This document shows, piece after piece, positions 9,534 through 18,829 of a stretch of DNA of 64,000 nucleotides. The notes beneath the pieces are model-generated. The model saw nothing but the letters and a program-made list of their open reading frames with translations, was not told the DNA's origin and searched no databases. Both the position numbers and the translations under genes were made by a program. Origin of the DNA: an uncultured Anaerolineae bacterium (GTDB lineage Bacteria > Chloroflexota > Anaerolineae > VGOG01); NCBI GenBank assembly GCA_964390805.1, contig CAYMKL010000019.1, positions 9,352 to 73,351 on the forward strand. The letters are read 5' to 3'. Within the stretch, counting starts at the first letter, position 1. Each line of letters begins with the position of its first letter.

Positions 9534-9939
9534 TGCCAGTGTCGTTGTGCAGTTGGTGACCGGCGGCGCCTACGTGGCATTGATCACTGATCTGTGGACG
9601 GCGTGGCGTGAGACTCGGTGTGTGCTGATGGCGCCCACACTGTTGTACTGCGAGGTGACCAACGCCCTACATCGCTATGTCGTCCAAGGGTACCTATTGC
9701 CCGAGGAGGCAGCCGAGGCTTTGGATGCAGCTCTGGGATTAGACATAACTCTCCATGGTGATGCTGAGTTGTATCGACATGCCCTGCGCCTGGCTGAGCG
9801 CTTCTCGCTCCCGGCCACTTACGATGCTCACTACCTGGCTTTGGCAGAGCAACTGGGGGCTGAGTTCTGGACCGCTGACGGCAAGCTTGCCCGTGCGGTG
9901 CAGGCTGCCCTGCCGTGGGTGCGTCTGGTAGGGGAGTAA
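9508..9939 (+). CDS. vapC: PIN-domain toxin (VapC-like)
   Basis: ATG 9508 overlaps the antitoxin stop; MSSFSICIDASVVVQLV (D in first strand), later acidic residues typical of PIN; the ORF track's longer 9451 start is unlikely. Confidence 0.7.
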   Translation: MSSFSICIDASVVVQLVTGGAYVALITDLWTAWRETRCVLMAPTLLYCEVTNALHRYVVQGYLLPEEAAEALDAALGLDITLHGDAELYRHALRLAERFSLPATYDAHYLALAEQLGAEFWTADGKLARAVQAALPWVRLVGE

Positions 9940-9970
9940 GCCTGGCGACCAGGGGAAAGGATCTCGTCGC

Positions 9971-10732
9971 ATGATGAAGCACGAATTGAGATTCCTTTTC
10001 GGCGGATTGGCAGGTGCTTTGATCGCCACAGGGTGGTGGTTGTACGATGGCCGCCCGCGTGGACGCACCCCAAGCCTCGAAAGTCTCGATGATCCAAAAG
10101 TCGCACGAGCCTACGGGTGGGTGGCGACGTCGCCGCCCATGAGAGTGCTGCGCTGGTTCGTGGCAGACCGCGCCGTCGCCATGACCAGGCGTGGAGCAGC
10201 AGCGGACCTGGGATGCGGCCCAGGCCAGTTGGTCATCGAGTTGGCACGGCGGGCCCCCGACCTGCACGTGACGGGCATTGACCTGTCGGACGAGATGATA
10301 GCCCGAGGCCAGAAAAAAGCCCGTCGCGCTGGCGTGGCGGATCGGGTCTCGTTTCGCCGGGGGAATGCGCAGCAGATTCCGTTCCCGGACGCTTCCCTGG
10401 ACCTGGTCGTCAGCACCTTGTCGCTACACCACTGGAGCAATCCGGTGGCCGTGTTGGACGAAATCGCCCGCGTCTTGCGTCCTGGCGGCTCCTTCTTGGT
10501 CTTCGATCTGCGCCGTGACATGATTGCACCATGCTGGCTACTGTTGTGGTTTGCCACTCACGTTATAGTGCCAGCCGCATTGCGCCGGGCGAACGAACCG
10601 TTGAGTAGCCGCAACGCGGCCTACACCCCACAGGAAGCGGCGCGACTGGCTGAACAGTCGCGCTTGAGTGGTTGGCGTGTCACTCGTGGACCGATGTGGC
10701 TGAGCATTGAAGGGACAATTATGGGAGCATGA
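9971..10732 (+). CDS. Class I SAM-dependent methyltransferase
   Basis: DLGCGPGQLVIELA motif I, LDLVVSTLSLHHW, Methyltransf_11-like. Confidence 0.8.
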   Translation: MMKHELRFLFGGLAGALIATGWWLYDGRPRGRTPSLESLDDPKVARAYGWVATSPPMRVLRWFVADRAVAMTRRGAAADLGCGPGQLVIELARRAPDLHVTGIDLSDEMIARGQKKARRAGVADRVSFRRGNAQQIPFPDASLDLVVSTLSLHHWSNPVAVLDEIARVLRPGGSFLVFDLRRDMIAPCWLLLWFATHVIVPAALRRANEPLSSRNAAYTPQEAARLAEQSRLSGWRVTRGPMWLSIEGTIMGA

Positions 10733-10759
10733 TCATAGACCAAAGAATGGGAGGGTATT

Positions 10760-13700
10760 ATGGCGATTGTTGAACTCTCAATGGTAATTGGCGCCATCGT
10801 TGAGATGGGCGTCGAGGGGATTTGGGAGAAGGCCAAGCGCCGCGAGGCAGTCATTAGGGCGCTGAAGAAGTTGGGGTTGCAGCCAGATGCGCCGCCATCT
10901 GATTTCGACGGTGTGTACGCTTACACGCTGGTCGAGTATGGCGTAGGCAAGCCCAAGCCAATCCTCGACTTCTTCCGCCACGAGTTCATCCGTGACGCCT
11001 TCCGCCAATCGTTTGAAAAACGGGATGCTTCGATTCTGAGCGAAGAGGCAGAGAGCCTGATCGAATGGCACAAGATCGGTGACGACCTACGACGGTTGGA
11101 TGTAGACCCGCGGCAGGAGTTCGCTCGCTTCACCGCTGTGTTCAATGAGATCGTTGACCGCACGCGCACACCGGCTGAGGTCAAGCGAGACCAGAAGCTG
11201 GATGATATCTACGGTGACTTGCATCAAAAGACAAGTGATATCATCGAACGCCTGGAAAAACTCGACGAACTGGGCGAGATTCGGGCAGAGCTCAGACGGC
11301 TGGCACAGAGTTATCGGGCGCGCCAGTTCATCGTCGCACCGACTGGCGAGAAGCTCAAGGTATTCATCAGTTCCAAGATGATGGAATTACGCGACGTACG
11401 TGAGATTGTCGCCAAGGCCCTCGATGACAGAGGGATTGATGCCTGGGTGTACGAAGCTCATGCTGGCGCGAGGCCGGAAGGCGTGGTGGAGACCTCATTC
11501 AGTGAGGTAGAGGCTGCCGATATCTACGTGGGGCTGTTCTGGCAGAAGTACGGTGAGGTGACGGTGCAAGAGTATCGCCGTGCCCGCGCCCTAGACAAGC
11601 CGTGCTTTGTCTACATCCGCGACAAAGACCTCCAGCGTGAAGAGGAATTGGAGGATTTTCTGCGGGACGAGGTCTACGACTTGCGAAAGGGTGTCACCTA
11701 CGACTACTTCGACAGCGCCGTAGAATTGGGCGAGCAAGCTGCCGGTGACATTATGGCCTGGTTGGTGCGGCGGCACCGCGAGATGACGGCTGAGATTCAG
11801 GAAGCTCGCGTGTCTGTGGACGAGGTCGCCCGTCTACAAGGCGAGGTCGATCGCCTTCAGGCTGCCAGTCGCGAACCTCTGCCACAGGGCACTGCTGTAG
11901 ACTATCTAGCCCAGCAGATGCGGACCTGGTTTGAGACCTTAGGTTACCGCTTTGAGAGTCACGACGTCCGGGCCAAAGACTACTTCGAGTGGGTCATCAA
12001 TGTCCCAGCGCGGCGGGGGTATGACCGCATCTTTGTACTTGGCGTCGAGGGCGAGGCCGAACTTGCCCACATTGCTGCCCTACGCCACGCCGTGGACGAG
12101 CAGGGGACCGATGAGGGATGGCTAGTGGCTGCACGGCGTAAAAGCCAGGCTGTCTGCGAAGAAGTTGAAAGAACAGAGAACCGCGATCTCTTCTGCTACA
12201 CCTTCGACGAACTGCTGGACGAGGATGCTGACTTCAGCGGCTACCTCGACTGGCTAGAGGTCGAGGTCAAGCGCCGGGGTATTGACACCACGTATGTTCC
12301 CTTGGCGTGCACCAAGGAGGAGGTCGATCCGGATACCGGGCAAAAGATAGGAGAAAGTCGCTACGACGAGCACAACGGCTGGATTGACGGCTACATTGAC
12401 CGGTGGGTAGATGATCCGTCCAAGGAGCACATCTCCATCCTGGGCGAGTTTGGCACTAGTAAGACTTGGTTCGCGCTACACTACGCCTGGAATGCCCTAC
12501 AGCGCTATCGCGAGGCCAAAGAACGGGGCGTCGAGCGCCCTCGCCTGCCCCTGGTCATCCCCCTGCGCGACTATGCCAAGGCAGTCAGCGTCGAGTCCCT
12601 CTTCTCCGAGTTCTTCTTCCGCAAACATGAGATACCTTTGCCCGGTTACTCCGCCTTTGAACAACTCAACCGTATGGGCAAGCTGGTGCTCATCTTCGAC
12701 GGCTTTGATGAGATGGCCGCTAAGGTGGATCGCCAGAAGATGATTAACAACTTCTGGGAGTTGGCCCGGGTAGCGGTGCCGGGGGCCAAGGCCATACTCA
12801 CCTGCCGTACCGAGCACTTTCCCGAGGCCCAAGAAGGCCGCGCCTTGCTAAGCGCTGAATTGCAGGCCTCCACTGCTAAGCTGACCGGCGAGCCGCCTCA
12901 GTTCGAAGTGTTGGAACTGGAGAAATTTGATGACGCCCAAATCCGCCAGGTGTTGTCGCTCCGGGCTGAGCCCGCCACTGTGGAACAGGTGATGGGCAAT
13001 CCCCAACTCCTTGACTTGGCCCGCCGGCCAGTGATGACCGAGTTCATCCTGGAGGCTTTGCCCGATATTGAGGCGGGCAAGCGAGTGGATCTGTCGCGCA
13101 TCTACCTCTACGCCGTGTGGCGGAAAATGGAACGGGACATCAAAGCGGAGCGAACTTTCACCTCTCTGGCGGACAAGCTCTATTTCCTGTGCGAGCTGTC
13201 GTGGGAGATGCTCTCTACCGATGAAATGAGCCTCAACTACCGGCTCTTTCCTGACCGGATTCGCCGCTTATTTGGCCCCGCCGTGCAGGAGCAAAAGGAC
13301 CTGGACCACTGGCACTACGACATGATGGGCAAGACCATGCTTGTCCGCAATGCCGATGGTGATTACACTCCGGCTCATCGTTCCCTGCTCGAATTCTTCG
13401 TCGCCTTCAAATTCACGGCAGAACTAGGCCTCCTGGCCCCCGACTTTACCGTCCTTGCTCAAGCTCAGTCCAACCTGGATGATTCACTCGCGGCCCAAAA
13501 ACACACCTGGTCCGACTACTTTCGGCGGTGGGGGGACAAGGACGGGCAAATCGTGAGAATTGCGCCACTCTCGCAGTTTGAGATGGAGCCAACTGAGAAT
13601 TTGAGAGAAACGGTAGGGAAGCAGAGGTTTGCACCTGCAATCCTGGATTTGATGAGAGGTATGTTGGAGGAAAGTGAGCTGTGGAAGAGATTCGAGGTTA

Positions 13701-15163
13701 CACGATCAATACATATAGATTATGAAAACTACCTAGGTGGTAATTGCTTATCGCTATTGAGTTGGGCAGGTGAGGATATGCGACAACGCAAATTGGACGG
13801 CCTCAACCTACGAGGGGCGGTATTGTTTTCGGATGTAAGCGGTACTAGCTTCTCAAATTCCAACCTGAGTGAGGCCACGTTTCTTGACCCAGTCTTGAGA
13901 GATGTGTCGTTCTTAGATGCTCAAATGGAAGGTGTGACTTTCCAAGAGTCTCCGAACGTTGAGCGAGTCTACAGCCTATCAAGCCAACATAAGTACCTGC
14001 TCGTGGGCCGGGAGAATTTGGCGAGTGTAATCTCGACAGATACGGGACAATCACATGCACACTTTGCGTTGCGACGAGATTACTCGTTTATCTTTGCTTA
14101 CCACGACGGAAGAGGACTAGCTGTTGGTAATAGAAGAAACGGGCGAGTTGAATTCTGGGACTTGAAGACGAACTCCTTTAGTAGGTGTAGTGATGAGGCG
14201 GACTCTCCAGTAGTGCAGGTGTCGCCTAATGAAAGTCTGGGTGTCATGGCGGTAATGAGAGCCAACGGTAGGATTGATTACTTGGATTCGAACTCGCTGG
14301 AGACCTTGTCATCCTGGAAGCCGTACACGATTGGCGGATTGCTCAACTGGACATACGACGGTGAAATGCTTATTACCCAAGGTAGAGATGACGAAGGAGA
14401 CAATATCAAAGCGTGGTGCGGTGATGGTGATCTTCTGTATACACTGCGGACACCCAAACAGCGGTATATTGAAGGCTATCTAGAGAAGTATCTCTTCTTG
14501 AGAAAGCTTGTGCTGGACCAAGAGCAAAATCGGGCATATGAAGTTCACGAATTAGCTAATGGAGACTTTGTCTCCAGAATTGTATTAGGTCCAAATGCAG
14601 CATCGGCTGTAGTCGACCAGCCTGAACCAGTTATCTGTTTTACTCAGGGGCCCAACATACTAATCGAGAATTTCGTGACACATGACAAACTCATGACCAT
14701 ACCGGGAGATGATAGGATATATGGGTTGTGGATGCATCGCTCTCCAGAACATGTGTTGCGGCTAGTCATTGACTATGAAAGAGCTTTAGTGGTTGGGCTT
14801 ATTGATTTGACTAGTCAACAATACTTGGAGGAGCGAGTGCTTGTGAAGGAATTGACAGATCCGAGCTACGATATCGTTCTTGATCCAGAGCAAGGCTTGC
14901 TGTTAAGTGGCGGTTCGGGTGGTGCAGTATGTATGTGGAACTGGGACGATGATGATGATCTACTTAGTATCATTAGGATCACGACGGACTGTTTTGGGAC
15001 ACAGATAGAAGGTGCCATCCTCAATGACTCCGAATTCGAGTGGTTGAAGGAGCGCGGAGCCATCGGAACGCCAAGAGAGATAAAGCCGCGTGATCATTAT
15101 AGGGCTACAACTATGGTTGACTCGAGAATTGCATTTTCGAGTAATGGTATTCTTCAGATATAG
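10760..15163 (+). CDS. NLR-like STAND NTPase (1467 aa): DUF4062-like N-terminal domain, central NACHT P-loop NTPase, pentapeptide repeats and WD40-like C-terminal region
   Basis: KVFISSKMMELRDVREIV = DUF4062 signature; Walker A GEFGTSKT, Walker B LVLIFDGFDEM, ILTCRTEHF (NACHT motif III); LRGAVLFSDVSGTSFSNSNLSEATFLDPVLRDVSF pentapeptide repeats; FWDLKTN / VCMWNWDD WD-like strands. Confidence 0.8.
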   Translation: MAIVELSMVIGAIVEMGVEGIWEKAKRREAVIRALKKLGLQPDAPPSDFDGVYAYTLVEYGVGKPKPILDFFRHEFIRDAFRQSFEKRDASILSEEAESLIEWHKIGDDLRRLDVDPRQEFARFTAVFNEIVDRTRTPAEVKRDQKLDDIYGDLHQKTSDIIERLEKLDELGEIRAELRRLAQSYRARQFIVAPTGEKLKVFISSKMMELRDVREIVAKALDDRGIDAWVYEAHAGARPEGVVETSFSEVEAADIYVGLFWQKYGEVTVQEYRRARALDKPCFVYIRDKDLQREEELEDFLRDEVYDLRKGVTYDYFDSAVELGEQAAGDIMAWLVRRHREMTAEIQEARVSVDEVARLQGEVDRLQAASREPLPQGTAVDYLAQQMRTWFETLGYRFESHDVRAKDYFEWVINVPARRGYDRIFVLGVEGEAELAHIAALRHAVDEQGTDEGWLVAARRKSQAVCEEVERTENRDLFCYTFDELLDEDADFSGYLDWLEVEVKRRGIDTTYVPLACTKEEVDPDTGQKIGESRYDEHNGWIDGYIDRWVDDPSKEHISILGEFGTSKTWFALHYAWNALQRYREAKERGVERPRLPLVIPLRDYAKAVSVESLFSEFFFRKHEIPLPGYSAFEQLNRMGKLVLIFDGFDEMAAKVDRQKMINNFWELARVAVPGAKAILTCRTEHFPEAQEGRALLSAELQASTAKLTGEPPQFEVLELEKFDDAQIRQVLSLRAEPATVEQVMGNPQLLDLARRPVMTEFILEALPDIEAGKRVDLSRIYLYAVWRKMERDIKAERTFTSLADKLYFLCELSWEMLSTDEMSLNYRLFPDRIRRLFGPAVQEQKDLDHWHYDMMGKTMLVRNADGDYTPAHRSLLEFFVAFKFTAELGLLAPDFTVLAQAQSNLDDSLAAQKHTWSDYFRRWGDKDGQIVRIAPLSQFEMEPTENLRETVGKQRFAPAILDLMRGMLEESELWKRFEVTRSIHIDYENYLGGNCLSLLSWAGEDMRQRKLDGLNLRGAVLFSDVSGTSFSNSNLSEATFLDPVLRDVSFLDAQMEGVTFQESPNVERVYSLSSQHKYLLVGRENLASVISTDTGQSHAHFALRRDYSFIFAYHDGRGLAVGNRRNGRVEFWDLKTNSFSRCSDEADSPVVQVSPNESLGVMAVMRANGRIDYLDSNSLETLSSWKPYTIGGLLNWTYDGEMLITQGRDDEGDNIKAWCGDGDLLYTLRTPKQRYIEGYLEKYLFLRKLVLDQEQNRAYEVHELANGDFVSRIVLGPNAASAVVDQPEPVICFTQGPNILIENFVTHDKLMTIPGDDRIYGLWMHRSPEHVLRLVIDYERALVVGLIDLTSQQYLEERVLVKELTDPSYDIVLDPEQGLLLSGGSGGAVCMWNWDDDDDLLSIIRITTDCFGTQIEGAILNDSEFEWLKERGAIGTPREIKPRDHYRATTMVDSRIAFSSNGILQI

Positions 15164-15428
15164 TAACGTATCCGATCACTGCTGACCGTGGGCAGAGGTG
15201 CACTCACTTGGTCGCGTGGTGAACTGTACATCCCATCGGGCAGAAGCTCAATTGCCAGGAGCTGTGATTGGCTGGGACCTAAGGGCCGGATGCCCCTGCT
15301 CCCAGCGGTGAGGGTACCCTCGGCGAATGGCTGGCGGAATGAGGGGTGGTTTTGGAGTAGGGGGAGGTAATCACTCGAACTGGTTTTGTGTAGTAGGCCA
15401 GGGCGAGGAGAATTGGGAAGGAAGTGTC

Positions 15429-16451
15429 ATGAAAACACAACCAGGATTCGTAGGCAAAGCGCTGACCGCAGCGCAACTGGAGGAGACGGTTGACTTCTTT
15501 CGAACTCGCCTGGTGGGACAATCCGAGGTCGTCGAAGTCCTGTCCAATGTCTTGACGCGGCAGAACGCTCTTTTGAGGTATGGTCTGGAGCACAAGGAGG
15601 AAAAGGCGGGCATCCCGGCGGACCCCATGGTGTTGTTGTTCGTCGGTGGCTCCTGGGGCAAGAGCCTGGCTGCCCGGCTCATTCCCATGGCCCTGAGTCG
15701 GTACGGACTGAGCTCCCTCACCACCCTGACCGCTCTTCCTCAGGACCCGGAGGGCAGTATCTACCTCGATCCTCGGATCGTGGCTGTGCCTTTCGCCGTG
15801 GTGCTGGTCGAACACATCGAGGCCGCTTATGCCATGAACGCCCGCTTCGTGGGCAATCTGGCGTATGTGATCAACGCGGGGCTCGTTCCCTTGCCCGACG
15901 AGATACGCGGGATGGTGAGGCCAATTCCTTTGGGACTGGCCACTTTCGTCTTCACCACCGGCGTGGGGGAGGAGGAGATCAGACGCGCCCTATACCCGGG
16001 CAGCGAGTCTGGCCTCTTGAAACGCCGTGACCTGTCGGCAGAGGAAGCCTACCAGAAGGTGCAGACGATTTGCCACCAGGCATTGCGAGACTTGCCCCAG
16101 GAAATCCTGCGAGAGGTGGATGAGACCGTCATCTTCAGACCCCTGAGAGAGGATGATCTACGGAAGGTGTTCGACCTAGAGATCGAATACTATGAGCAGG
16201 GGATCTTCCCGGGGCGGAGAATCGGTGTTGCCTTTGAGCCAGATGCCAAAGAGCGAGCTTTCTCCGAGGCCCTGGCCTTGTTGGACGTATACGGCATCCA
16301 CGTCCTGCGCCGCAAGTTGCAGCGTCACATTGACCCCGTGGTCTACAAAGCCTACATTGAGGGAGCCCTGACGGAGGAGAACATCAAAGAGGCCCGAGTT
16401 CTCGTCACTCTGGAAGGCGAGCAACTGAAGGTCAAGCTGTACTGGGGATGA
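15429..16451 (+). CDS. Degenerate ClpA/B-type AAA+ (AAA_2) domain protein, hypothetical
   Basis: LVGQSEVVEVLSNVLTRQNALL...PMVLLFVGGSWGKSLAARLIP parallels the ClpB D2 sensor-1/Walker A region; ETVIFRPLREDDLRKVFDLEI resembles ClpB D2-small; GGAAGGAAG RBS before ATG 15429. Confidence 0.55.
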   Translation: MKTQPGFVGKALTAAQLEETVDFFRTRLVGQSEVVEVLSNVLTRQNALLRYGLEHKEEKAGIPADPMVLLFVGGSWGKSLAARLIPMALSRYGLSSLTTLTALPQDPEGSIYLDPRIVAVPFAVVLVEHIEAAYAMNARFVGNLAYVINAGLVPLPDEIRGMVRPIPLGLATFVFTTGVGEEEIRRALYPGSESGLLKRRDLSAEEAYQKVQTICHQALRDLPQEILREVDETVIFRPLREDDLRKVFDLEIEYYEQGIFPGRRIGVAFEPDAKERAFSEALALLDVYGIHVLRRKLQRHIDPVVYKAYIEGALTEENIKEARVLVTLEGEQLKVKLYWG

Positions 16452-16489
16452 GATAGCGAAGACCGAGCTAGGGAAGAAAGGGGTGAGGG

Positions 16490-16723
16490 ATGGAAGGAGA
16501 ATCTCCTGAGAAGCGCCCTCGGACCGAGGCCGGGGAGGAAAACGGTCCTCAGGCGGAGGAAGAGCTTGCTCAGGCTGAGGCTGAAGAGGAAATGCAGCCT
16601 CAAGTGGAGGAAGAGGCGCTTCAGACTGAGGCTGAGAAGCGAGAGAAATCTCGCTGGGAGGCTCTCTTGCTAGAGGCTGAGGTGATTGCTGCCAATCTGA
16701 AAGAGAGCGGCACCCGACGCTAA
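16490..16723 (+). CDS. Small acidic Glu/Ala-rich protein, hypothetical
   Basis: 77 aa low-complexity ORF; coding status uncertain. Confidence 0.25.
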   Translation: MEGESPEKRPRTEAGEENGPQAEEELAQAEAEEEMQPQVEEEALQTEAEKREKSRWEALLLEAEVIAANLKESGTRR

Positions 16724-16820
16724 GACAGTTCAGCCGGGCGGGTCGATGGCCCAGCATGATCATCTTCTCGCTAGTGGGTAAAATGATACTGAATCAAGAG
16801 GCGGGGAGAGGAGTGAAGTC

Positions 16821-17375
16821 ATGTATCTGATCCCGTTTTACGTTGTTGATCCAGAACTGGCTGTGCGTGAAACGCGCGTCATCCATTTGCTTGTCGAGCA
16901 AGACGGTCTGGCGGTGGGGAGCTATGGTTTGCTAGAGTTCTATTGTTCCGATCCGACCTGCGACTGCCGGCGGGTAATGCTCAACGTCGCAGAGGAGCAG
17001 AACCCTGATCACTTCCTGGCGTCCATCAGCTATGGGTTTGATCGAGACGAGGAAATGGCCGGCCCACTTCTCGACCCATTGAACCCGCAGAGCGAGCACG
17101 CCGAAGTGCTGCTGCGGTTGGTGAAGAAGACCGTGCTGAGCGATCCCCGCTACCTGGCGCGATTGGAGCGGCATTATCGGCTGGTCAAGCAGGCGGCTTC
17201 CGATTCCCAACATCCTGCCTATATCAGTTTGCAACAGGTGCTGGCGAAGGAGTCCCGAGACTTCCCCCTGCCCACACCTTCGAAGAAGCGGGTGGGGCGT
17301 AATGACCCGTGTCCGTGTGGGAGCGGCAAGAAGTACAAGCACTGCTGTAGAAGAGGCATTGGAATGCCTGGATAG
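16821..17375 (+). CDS. SEC-C motif (metal-binding) domain protein, hypothetical
   Basis: C-terminal [22 protein letters not shown] motif; GGAG RBS. Confidence 0.6.
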   Translation: MYLIPFYVVDPELAVRETRVIHLLVEQDGLAVGSYGLLEFYCSDPTCDCRRVMLNVAEEQNPDHFLASISYGFDRDEEMAGPLLDPLNPQSEHAEVLLRLVKKTVLSDPRYLARLERHYRLVKQAASDSQHPAYISLQQVLAKESRDFPLPTPSKKRVGRNDPCPCGSGKKYKHCCRRGIGMPG

Positions 17376-17405
17376 TGGAGAGACGATTTCTGGCCAGGGA
17401 ACGGA

Positions 17406-18083
17406 ATGTTGAACATGGTGATGCGTCGTTTGGAAGCTGATACCGAGGAGAATCGAGCCCAATTCCAAGAAGGGTTCGATGCCTTCGCGGCTCGCCACGA
17501 GCTAACGGACTGGGAGGGCTGGTTCAGCCCCTACGACGAGGAGACGTACGACCTCGTCTTGCAGAACATCGGCCAAGACGACGTAGTCATGGAGATTGGC
17601 GCTGGCGATCTGCGCCTGGCCCTGCGGCTGGCGGAGCGGGCGCGAAGGGTTTACGCTGTGGAGGTCAATCCTATCCTGGTCAGCGCGGCACTGCAGGCTA
17701 TCGGCTTTCACCTACCACGCAGTCTGCTGGTCATCTGTGCCAACGCTTTGGACATCGCCTTCCCCAACGACATCACCATGGCCGTGCTTCTCATGCGCCA
17801 CTGCCAGCACTTTGGGCGATACGTGGACAAGCTGCGAGCCGTTGGCTGCCAGCGGTTGCTGACCAACGCCCGCTGGAAGAGCGGGGTCGAGAGCATTGAT
17901 CTCACCCATCCTGGCGTCCCCTTTGGGGAGGTGAGTGAGGGCTGGTACGCCTGCCGCTGTGGGGCGGTGGGCTACGTGGGCCCTTCGACGGCGCTCAGGA
18001 CAGGCCAGGGCGAGCAGTCGGATACCCCGTCTGTGGAGGTCGTTGGCTGTCCTGCCTGTGGGTCTGTGAAAAAAGACAGTTAG
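17406..18083 (+). CDS. Rossmann/methyltransferase-fold protein with C-terminal Cys4 zinc ribbon, hypothetical
   Basis: VMEIGAGDLRLALRLA glycine-rich motif; CRCG...CPACG. Confidence 0.45.
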   Translation: MLNMVMRRLEADTEENRAQFQEGFDAFAARHELTDWEGWFSPYDEETYDLVLQNIGQDDVVMEIGAGDLRLALRLAERARRVYAVEVNPILVSAALQAIGFHLPRSLLVICANALDIAFPNDITMAVLLMRHCQHFGRYVDKLRAVGCQRLLTNARWKSGVESIDLTHPGVPFGEVSEGWYACRCGAVGYVGPSTALRTGQGEQSDTPSVEVVGCPACGSVKKDS

Positions 18084-18293
18084 CGCGAACAAGGGACTAG
18101 CGCCGGCTGAGCGTTGCCCTGAGTGGCGGAGCGTACCGAAGGGTAGGAGCGGAGCGACGTATCGAAGCCAAGCGGGTCTACCCCTAGACCCGCTCGCTGG
18201 TCTCGATACGCTGGTTTCGATACGCCTTCGGCTACTCAACCCAGGTCGCTACTCGACCGACGCTCGCTAAACACAAGAGAGGAGCTAACAGAA

Positions 18294-18821
18294 ATGAGAC
18301 TAAAAGACAAGAAAATCGCTGTTCTAGTGGAAGAGGGCTTCGAGGACCTGGAGTTCTGGGTGCCTTTGATGCGCTTGCAGGAGGAGGGAGCCGAGGTGAC
18401 GGTGGTGGGGACAGGCCGCCAGCCCAGGTTCATCGGCAAGCATTGCCTGGAGGCTACCCCCGACGTAACTGCGGACGAGGTCACGCCACAGGACTTCGAC
18501 GCCCTGGTCGTCCCCGGCGGGTGGGCGCCGGACAAGCTGCGCCGCTACGACTCGGTGATCGAGCTGGTGCGGGGGATGCACGAGCGAGGCAAGATCATCG
18601 GCATCATCTGTCATGGCGGCCTGGTGCCCATCTCGGCGGGCATCGTCCGGGGGCGCAGGGCGACGGGCTCCACCGGCATCAAAGATGACCTGATCAACGC
18701 CGGGGCGGAGTGGGTGGGCGACGAGGCCGCCTTCAGGCAGGGCAATCTGGTTTGGGGGCGGGTGGTGGCGGACATCCCCGCTTTCTGCCGCGAGTTGGTG
18801 GCGGCCATCGAAACAGGTTAG
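18294..18821 (+). CDS. DJ-1/PfpI family protein (glyoxalase III / class I glutamine amidotransferase-like)
   Basis: 175 aa; KIAVLVEEGFEDLEF..., nucleophile elbow IICHGG. Confidence 0.85.
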   Translation: MRLKDKKIAVLVEEGFEDLEFWVPLMRLQEEGAEVTVVGTGRQPRFIGKHCLEATPDVTADEVTPQDFDALVVPGGWAPDKLRRYDSVIELVRGMHERGKIIGIICHGGLVPISAGIVRGRRATGSTGIKDDLINAGAEWVGDEAAFRQGNLVWGRVVADIPAFCRELVAAIETG

Positions 18822-18829
18822 GAGGAGTT

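Noticed and set aside
10760-15163. Mrr-like restriction endonuclease domain inside the NLR (residues about 380-470)
   Set aside because: FETLGYRFE resembles the Mrr N-terminal helix but I could not identify a clean PD-(D/E)xK catalytic triad by eye; left as uncertain rather than called.
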